Assembly: GCA_012295275.1 (NCBI GenBank)
Contig: CM022673.1
Location: 8,990,001-9,054,000 of the forward strand
From: Chrysomallon squamiferum
Lineage: Eukaryota > Animalia > Mollusca
DNA length: 64,000 bases
Direction of reading: 5' to 3'
Shown: piece by piece, positions 26,101 to 36,639 of the stretch
Position numbering within the stretch: position 1 is the first letter of the stretch
Layout: every line of letters begins with the position of its first letter
The notes under the pieces: model-generated
Told to the model about the DNA's origin: nothing
The model's input: only the letters and a program-made list of their open reading frames with translations
Database searches by the model: none
Position numbers and translations under genes: made by a program

Positions 26101-29100
26101 ACTGTCTGAACAAAAACAAAAAATTTTTATGTAAAATATCAGGTGCTTTCCTAAATGAAACCATCTGATTTATTTCCATTTCAGATGTTTGTTCGGGCTT
26201 TAAAATGTCATCTTCAGAAATTTTTAGGCACCAATGTTTGACTGGGCAACAACCCTTCCTCGAAGTTGTTAGTCCACACCAAATTCTTTTCCAACCTCTG
26301 GTGCATGTTCGTGCCAAATAACATAGATTTTGGTAAAATAGTTTCTTCAAAACATTCCATTAATAATGAATTTTAAGTTCTATGTGGAACAAATGCAACA
26401 GTAAAAATCTTCAAGTTTGCAATTTATTACTTGTTTTCCCAATGAAAATTCCTGCACAGCATAAAAGTTTTTGGTAAAATAGTTTCTTCAATTCATAATA
26501 ATGATTGGGTTCTTCATGTATACAACTTTTCAATTTATTATGTGTAATAACAAAAGGTTCCATTCAATGCCTGAATTAGTCATCAGGAGGTTTGTATGGG
26601 ATTTAACTTTTCCTTTGGTGATTCTCAAGGCTCTGTTGATTTTCTGACAAATCCATTAGATCATCCATATCAGCCAAAGTTTTGAAGGATTACTGGTCAG
26701 AACCAGTTGTTTTTCAGCTTTCTTTAATCTTTCTGAAGAATAATCTCTTCTGTTTCTTGGTGTCTTTTCATGACTGCCTGTCGGATGAATCCTTTGTAAG
26801 ATTTTTGAAATCCAAAGAATTTGTACCAATTTAGAATTTTTGCTTTAGCATTGTTGCTTTGATTTTTCAATTTCAGAAATCTTTTTAGATTTTTCTTCAC
26901 CATTTGGCCACATTAAGTCAGTCCAAATGGTTACCCTTATGATTTACTTGCTACTGTTGTTGAAGATGACTCTACCACTTTTCTAGACTCGGGAAATGGC
27001 AGATTTCTTTCTACTTTGATTGACAGTACCAGTTTTTTCCAATTTGCACCTTAGCTGCTTTTGTGAGTCTGCAAAGTGTTTTTCTCAATTGGTCTTACTT
27101 CCATAGTCAAATTGACCGCATCAAGCCCATGTCAATCTGTTATGATGTATATTCCGTCCATTCCAATACTTATGAAATTAAAACATCTTAGAGGATTTGG
27201 AATATATGGTACAACGGAAATATGTAAATATTCTGCTTTCACAAAATCTGGAAGAGTGGGCACATTAAATGCTAAAAGAAATTACTTGTTGGAACACCTT
27301 GTGAGTAGAGATGTTCACAAATCTCTTCCTCAGTAACACCTCCCAGATCCCTTCACTGAATCGCTATTTTCAATGTATACAGTGTTTTGTGTGGAATGAC
27401 TCTCTGCTGAGCATTCTACTAACAGTGAAATATTCCTTCATTTCTTAACATTTTTAGGCTCACTGGCCAAGCCCTGGAACCCCTTCTGTACCACAAACAG
27501 CAATAGTTTTTACAAAGCCACATCATCAGCAGACTTGATGACAACAGACCTCAGCCAAGTTTTAAATAAGTTTTTATTTCTTCACATTATTTATCATCTC
27601 TATCTGAAGATATAGATCCAATAACCTCAGCAGGGACTCTTTTCAGGGCCCCATTGGAAGGTGAGTATAATTTATTTTTAAATTCTGACACAACCATTAA
27701 AGTTTATCAACCATGCCCCCATGTGCTGCTGCAGTTTACCACCAGTCATGCCAAGTATATATGGTTGAATACACAGGCAATACAAAAAAAAAAATTGCCA
27801 GACTGATCCTAGCCATCGCCCCAAGAGCAACAGATACAGACTAGTAGTTTTCCATATTTGCTCATGACAAAATTAAACAAAGCAATGGTTGTTAGCTCTT
27901 GAGCTTGGCCTGACCAGCCAATTGATCAGATCAGACCTCCTGTTTTCATGAACTCTTGGCCAAAGTTGTGTTAGTGTTCTTGGTTGCAGACATCAAATAT
28001 AAGTCATGGGAAACAAGGCGCCTCATTCAAGAAGTTGTGCAATTATTAGCCGTTCTCAAAATGTTCCCCCTGCACCACAGTGATGTTACTGCACATGCAG
28101 GGGGAAATGTCGTGTTTCTTCACATCACTGACTAAACATCTTATGCTATCTTCAAGTTTGCTGTAGGCAATAAATGGTTGGAGTGTGGCCTGCTTGTTTT
28201 CCCAGTGAAAACTCCTGCACAACATACAAGTTTTTGGTAAAATAGTTTCTTCTAACAGTTTTAATGATGATTTTATGCCATTCATCTATGCACTTCACAA
28301 CATTTCAGTAAAAATAGCTGAAATAAACATTTGTTAAATTTTCACCTCAAATTATTACAGTTTATCTTGTACCTATCAAGGAAATAATAAGAGATTTGGA
28401 ATCCTTATCAAATTAGCTTTCCAGTGACACAAGTTTCATTAAAATTGAACCACTGGGTTATCAAGATTTCAGTCTAAAAAGGGACGGTCTTACCCCTTTT
28501 TTTGCAAAAAGTCAAAATTTAAGGAACCATATCTCAAAAACTACTGTTCTGATTGAACTTATGTTTGAAATCTGGTCAAGTTACGACACATCCAAACTAT
28601 ATTTCAGCTAAATAGCTGATGCTTTACATTTGGTTGGAAGTTTCAAGAGATTTTATGTAGATGATGAAATCTCAAATTGATTTTTCAAGTTGGTGTTGAA
28701 TTACTTCACATCTTTGTCAGATATTGAAGAATTTGATTTCTGCAATTTATGTTCAGTGATGTTGTCTACTTTCTTTATTTCCATGAATTCATTCTTCATG
28801 TAGTGGAGAACTACTTGCTGTAATCACACACCATTGTCATAATGTTAATGTTTCTTCACATCAGCAAATATACAATTGTATTGATATTTGATTATAACAT
28901 CTTCAGTAGGCAACAAATGGGTGGAGTATGGGATACTTGTTTTCCCAGTGAAAACTGCTGCACAACATACAATATTTTGGTAAAATAGTTTCTTTTAACA
29001 TTTTCATGGATGATTTTTGGTCCTTCATTATGCATTTTGCAGTATCTTGGTAAAATAACTGAAATGAAATGAAAATTTAAAATGTTACACCTGTAATCAT

Positions 29101-32100
29101 ACACTCTTGTCAAAATGTTAATGTTTCTCACATCACTGACTACACAAATGTATCAATATTTGATTATACAATATTTGAACCTGGTTGTTTTCCCAATGAA
29201 AATCAAGCATAAGATACAAGTTTTTGGTAAAATAGTTTCTTCTAACAGCTGCAATAATGATTTTAGGTCCTTCATATGTTCATATTCCATTTTTTTCAGT
29301 AAAATAGCTGAAATGAATTGTTTTCTGTGAATGAATTTGGGATTGTGCTATGGCAGTCAGTTTTATTCTATCAGTACCAATCCATTGCTGGTATATTATG
29401 GACATTCCTTCACTCTTCACAGAATCTTTAACTTGAGGATATCTGTTTTCATCGCTTTCATAAAAACTAATAATTTCACTTGCATTTCTTGTAACAAAGT
29501 GTTGCCTTTGTTCTTATCTCATTGTCCTAATACACCCTTCTGCTTTTTTTTTTTTTTTTTTTTTTACACTAGGTTGTTTGTGGCTGCACATTTTTTCATA
29601 ATTCTATCTGTCTTCCCAGATCACCACCCAGGGTTGTGTTAAAATAAAGTACTAAAAATGTCACATTTCACTACTGCATTTTATGGTCAGGTATTTTACT
29701 ACTAAACTAACAAATACAACACCTGGAAATTTTTAATACGTTGTAGTAATATTCTGGAGTTATAATTTTCACTTCAAGTCATTTCAAGGTCAATTTGAGC
29801 ACAAGGTTGAATTCAAGGTCAAACAAAAGTTCAGAAGGTTACCACAATTTATCTTGCACCTACCAAGGATTTGCAATCCTTACCAAATTAGCTTTCCAAT
29901 GACAGCAGTTTCATCAAAATCAAACGAAGACATTGTGGTCTGAAAAGGGGTGGACATGCCTGCTTTTATGGCAAAAACCTGAAACCAAAACTACTGCTCT
30001 GACTGAACCAATATTTGATTATACCAAACTGTATTTTAGCAAAATAGAAGATGGTGAGGTTAAACCCATTGGGTTGTTTGACATGGAATGAACCATGTAT
30101 GTTTTTTTTTTTGCTTTGGCAAGTTCAAGACATCTTTACGGAAAAAGGAAGCACATATTCAGTGTTATTCCAAACAGGATTCAGAAACAGAGGAGAATCT
30201 TGGTGATGGAAAAAAAACAAGAATTGACACTGACTTGGAAAAGCAAGATGAAGATGCCAAACCTTCATCAGAATGTGCACAGAACATTTCTCAGAAATCT
30301 GGGTTAGTGAATTTGATCAGTGATGATTCAGTGTGAATTTGTTTCCTTTTATGTTCATTACTAGATTTCATAATTTTTAAAATAATAATAATATATAAAT
30401 AACTTAATGATAATATTTATTATTTTTATTCCATTTTCCAAATAGAACATTGAATAAATGTAGTAACTGTTCACTTGATCTGTATTTTTTTTCTTCTCAA
30501 AGATGAATTTGATTTTTTTTTTTTTTTTTTTTTTTATATATATATATATTAACTACTTCTATATATATGTTTGTTCATTTGTAATATGATTAAAATAGAT
30601 CACAAAGAATCAGTTAACATTATTAAACATAATTGATTTAGGTATGGAACTAGGGGAAACAAAATATTTCTTTCATTTCAGGTCAGAACAAGTTGGTCAA
30701 GATGTTTTACAAAAGAACAGTTTAAATTGCCATGGATCATCACCAGGCATTTCATCAGCATGCAAATCAGAAGATCCAGAAACAGAAGAAGAGGTGCTTC
30801 TTCTTCTTCTTCTTCTTCTTCTTCTGCTTCTTCTTCTTCTTATTATTCTTATTATTATTTTAAATTTTAACTTTAGCACAATCAATCACATGGCGATTCA
30901 AAATGCTATTTAGACCATAGAAAAAAAAAAAAAATTGGTTTCCAAATACTTAATATGGAAAATAACAAGAATACTAATCCTTATTATATGTGATTGAATA
31001 TATTATTCAACAATAACAAATAATTACAAATGAATTTGAAGAATATATAACCTTATGTAAAGTTTAATATGTAAGAGATAAAAATACTTTCAAATTTTGA
31101 AATGAAATTTTTCTTTTTAACTGTCTGGGTAACACTGAATTGTGTGTAGTTTATTATTATCACGTTTTTTGTAATTGCTGTGTTTGGCTTTTGTTTTATT
31201 ATGTTTTGCCATTTATGTTTTCATTGCAGGAAGAAATTTTGTCCTATGAAAAGATGAGGCTGAAAAATCTACAGGAGAATGCTGAATTTTTGGCATCTTT
31301 GGGAATCGAAAAAGTGAGCTGCTATCTTTATACTGTATTCTGTGGCCTAAAATGTAATTTGTTTGCTTGGTGCTTTCAGATGGTTATTTCTAGTTTTAAT
31401 AATTTTTCTTAACTGGTATATTAAAACCAATATTTTGTGGTTTCCTGTATGTGCAAGTAAATTATTTTTTATGTCTTCTGACAATATATAGATAGTTAAG
31501 ACAGATAAAATGAATTTAAAAAAATAATAATAATTAAAAAAGGAGATAAGTAATCAAAATTTATGTATTAACAGTTCAAAATGTATTCCACTGTCTCTAA
31601 GTTTCTATTTATCAGTCTGGACATGTTAGGTGTGTTAAAAGATTCTTATAAGCACCTAGTCATAATGTGAACAGAAACCAACTTTTTGTTTTCACTGAAT
31701 CCTTTTTGTTTATCTGAATCCTTTTTATTTTCTGATTTGTGTCAGTCAAGAGCATGGATTAGCAAACATTTCTTGGATTCTTTGATAGCTTATTGACCTG
31801 CTTGCATTTAAAATAAATACATCTGTAATAAATTTCTCTATTTAAAGGTAAACATTGTTTTACCTTTGCATTAAGTTGTTCCTCCTTATTGCATTTTTTT
31901 AAAAATTTTCCCTATTTCCCCGATTCCCTTTTTGAAACCAGGACATTTATCAACCCTTTGTATAATCCCATCAACCACCATACCACCACCTGACTTAGAT
32001 TTAATCAAAAAGACAAATTTATCTGTGACATTTAAAAAACAAAGGCGCTGCCACCACATGAAAATAGTTCTTGTATTAAACTTCATCTCATTTATGTTGT

Positions 32101-35100
32101 ATATATATATATATTGCTGTAGGCAAAAGAAAACCTGAAACGGAAAACAACAAATTCCAAGGAATCTGTTCATAAGAAACTAAAAATGTAAGTATTGTAT
32201 TTGATGAGTATTAATATTAACTAATAATAATATTTAGCTTTTTAACTGGATTTTCTAGCCATGTTTTTTTTTTTTTTTTTGACAGAGCAGGCAGTTTATG
32301 ATCAATTTAAAAATAGCAGTTGTATGATTTAGTTCTTTATATAATCATCTATCAGTCAGTGTTATTTGACTTTTCTGAAAATACGAGTGCCTGCGTTATG
32401 TTACAAACCAAAGAACAGTAAAATAAAGTAATAATGTCTGAAAACTTGTTCATTATTTTTCATTTCCAAATTGTAACCCTTATACTTTTAACATACTTCT
32501 CAGATCTTGAAATACTTCAGTTTTGAAAATTTTATTTTTAGCTATAAAAAAGAAGTTCAGACAGAACCTACGAGACGTAGTTTGAGGGTTCGCAGTATTA
32601 AACCCCTCAATGTGATAGAGGTTCCCTACGTGGAGAACACATATGTTGAAAAAGTAAGTGAATAAAATTTGACTCTTAATGTGGTAGAAGTTCCCTGTGT
32701 GCAGGACATGTGTGTTGAAAAAGTAAATTTGTGTAAAATTTGACTCTTTAATGTGATAGAAGTTCCTTGGGTGCAGAACACATAAAGTAAGTCAACATCT
32801 TTTTTTTTTTTTTATTTTTTTTCTTTTAATGACAAGTTCCCTACATGTAGAACATATAGTATTATGTTTATATTGAAAAAAAAAAATGAACTTGTGTATA
32901 ATTTGTCTGTGCCACTGAGAAATGATTTTAGTGAAAAATGATGTTGAAAAATAGTCTTCCTGACAATTCACCTGTTAACATTTTCCTGACAGAAATGTGC
33001 ATTTCACAATAAATCTGGACAGGGTTCAGTGCAGGCAGTTAGTGTTTTACTGAAGTTTCATTTCTTGGATCCATATTGTGAAAAGATTACTGGAAGTCAT
33101 TATAATGATTATTGTTTTTATGAAAACAAGAAACTGAGTTTTTCCTTTCATTTAGCAGATATTCTTTAATATACATGTAATTAGAAACACATACTTACGT
33201 TTTTGAAACAAGATAAATGTCACCTGTTGCAACAAATAAATTATAAAAATTATTGTCACGCTACATACATTGTTACAATTGTTTAAACCATTTTGTATGA
33301 AATATTATTAATAAAAATAATAATAAAAACAAAAATTTCAATTTCAGTTGCGTCATCCTCCTGGTCCACTGGTAATGACATCTTGTATGTATGCTAACGT
33401 AACGGAAGACATGCACAACAACCTGCATTTTGCAATCACCTCAGCTTGTGAAACAAGTTCACAAATAAGACCGCTCAGTTCATCTTTGAAGAGGTAAACA
33501 TATTTACAGAAAGAATTCTCAGACAAGTATAAATAAATATTCATGAGAATTAGATCAAGAATAGTTTTATAACTTCATCTCATTTTAAATTGTAAAAGAA
33601 ATAAAAACAACTCTTCAGGAAAACATCTCATAAGAAAATAGAAATGTGAATGATTTTAAATTCTAAAATCATTCACACTTATAATTGTTTAGAATAGCGA
33701 GTCCTGTTAAAGACATTTTGACAATATCAACTTAAAATATTTGGTTTTAATTATTGTAAATTATAGAAAATGGGTGTCACTTTATTTTTTGTTATATCTT
33801 TGAAATTTAAAATATGTTACATGTCACATCAAATTAAGTCTCAAGTCACTTGACCAAGTACTGAGCTTTGGTCAACAATAAAGGAGTGACATAAAAAAAT
33901 TAAGTTTTGATAAAATTGGGTTCGTATATACCTTGTCTTTTTCTTGCAGTGATAAAATTCATAGATATTAATCCCAACGTGTGTTTTAGAACACTTTTGT
34001 GAACTGCTATTTGCTGGATGCAGGAAATCCTCCAAGTTGTCCAAACGTATCTGGAACTAAATTTGATATAGTGATGAATGAGGTATCCAAATTAAGCTTA
34101 CAGACTTGAGTATCTGTAAATGTTTGAAACTCCATCATGAAAAATGTGACTTGAGACCTTGTTTGATGTGTAACTTGAAAAAGAATCCAGAGATCTGTCT
34201 AAATCAAATTTTATCTCTTTGAATGTTATTTTGTATTCTGCCAAGTTGATTTGTCTGCAAGTGAAATAAATGATGTAATAAATATTGTAATGCAATATTA
34301 CAAACGATATATTTAAAATGATAAATATTTCCTTTTAATGTAAAGTATTTTTATTTTTTTATTTTTTTATTTTTTATTTTTTTTTGTTTATTTACTTACA
34401 AATTTTAAAAATTTATTATGTTAGATTTGATTTTGTATACAAAAAATAACAATCAGAATACAAACTATTAAAAAAAAATAATAATTTTGAGGAAATCTTA
34501 TTGTATCAAACTCACTTAACATTCTGATGCTTCATTTTCATATTTTTTTTCAAGCTATATGGACGAGTTCAAGAAAATTAAGTTAACAAGAGAACACATC
34601 GTTAAAGTCGTAAAAGAAAGAATATTTTCTCTAGCTATCCACCCATCGGAACAAAAGATTCTGGTTGCCGCGGGAGACAAGTGGGGTAACTTGGGTTTCT
34701 GGGATGTGGTAAGTGTTCTTCTGCTGAAATAGGTTTGTATTGTCTTACATATGTATACTTTTTCCAGAACCAAACTAATCTCTAGAACGCTGATGAAAAG
34801 TAAATAAAATTTTGATAAATGTTGTTAAACAATTTAACAAGGATTACAATAATTAATATTTCATTATTTTTAATAAAATATAATAACATCAATAACAACA
34901 ACAACAACATTAACATAATAATAATATTATTATTATTGTTGTTATTATTTGAAATTGAGTTATAAAGGGTTGGATTCCAGCAATCTTGTTAAAGTTTACT
35001 ATCTTTTGACAACATATGTTTTTCTTTATGCCAGGAATCGACAGATGGTGCAGTAACTGCTTATTTTCCCCATATATCTCCCATCAACCAAGTGCAGTTC

Positions 35101-35483
35101 TGTGCCTGGGACCCAACCAAAGTGTACACCTCTAGTTACGATGGAACATTACGATGTGGAGACTTTGAAGAAAATATTTTTAAAGAGGTTAGACTGACAC
35201 TTCATACAAAAGTGTTGACTTTTATTTTTTATTTTAATTTTATTTTTTTGTGTGTGTCTGTGTGTTATTTTTTTTTTTTTTTTTTATTTTAATAGTTTTA
35301 ATTTATTTATTTTTCTTTATTATTGTGGTTATTATTTATTGTTTGTTTGATGACTTGTCAAGTAATCTTTTTTATACGCTTTTTATTATAATTTAATCTA
35401 TTCATTCTTTTTCATTTAATCAGTAATTTGATTTTATAATCAGTTTGAAATCTTATTCATTATTAGGCTTTTTTTTGTTGTTT

Positions 35484-35514
<31 letters not shown>

Positions 35515-36600
35515 CAAGGGCCTCTTTATAGTCCTTAAATTTAATTAAACATTTATATCATTTTTACAAAATTTTATTTTATTTCTTGATTTTTTTTATT
35601 TTTAGATTTACTCAGTTCCATTTGAAGTCGACACATTACTGTATGCTTTCAGTTTCCAGTCAGAACAGGTACTGGCAGTGGCTCAGTCTGATGGGTGTAT
35701 TGCTGTTGTGGACCAGAGGACTGCAGGGTTAGTATTGGGCAAGGGAGATTATTCTGTTGAATGTTACAGGAACCAAATTCTAAAATCAATTTTATTTTTG
35801 GTTGTTGTTGTTTTTTGTTATTTTTGTTTCTTTTTTTTTGTTTTATTTGCTATGAAAAATAAGAAGCATTTCTGTATTTATATGCTGTTAAAATATTTAT
35901 CTATGTTAAATAAACATTTTAATTATTTTCCAGATTAATATATTTTTTTTCAAAATATATTGGCCTACGGTTTTGTATATAAACCACATTTTATTGATAC
36001 TATTAATTTATAAATTAGAAGAATTTTTACAATATTGTGTCAAATAATAATTCCATATCATTTTGGTGAGAAAGAAAGCATTTGAAATAAATAACTTTTT
36101 TATTATTATTATTTCAGAACATCAGCAGAAAAAATGTATCATTTACATGAGAAAGCCATTCGAGGTTTTGACATTCATCCAGTGAACAAAAACTATTTTG
36201 TTACAGGATCTACAGATGGGTTTGTACATTTGTGTCCAGTGTAGTTTACATAAAGTAAATAAGTACATAAATTTGTGTTTAATAACCCTTTAACATGTTT
36301 TAACATTAAGAGTTACAGTTAATTCTGTACACCCTTTTTATGACACAAAGGATGCCACTTTTGTCAGATAGCAGAAATTGAGTCTATTTTATGCACCTTC
36401 CTATAGACAGGGTTAAAAAAAGAAAAAATAATAGTCTTTGTTAAAATTATTCATGATTGTTTTTCCAAATTTTATTTTAGTTCATATTTATCATTTACCA
36501 TTTTCTTTATTTTGTAGTTTGTTATGTTCGAAAAAAAACACCTTTAAAAACATGTCTATGATTGTTGAATATATACCAAAGTTTAAGTAATTAAAATTTA

Positions 36601-36639
<39 letters not shown>

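Noticed and set aside
24680-29330. CRISPR-like repeat/spacer appearance of recurring blocks
   Set aside because: Eukaryotic intron; the units are irregular, diverged and translate to transposase fragments; no cas genes
33840-34295. Coding-like intronic stretch on the minus strand (nested gene?)
   Set aside because: Short ORFs without recognisable motifs or consistent splice structure; probably an old repeat fragment
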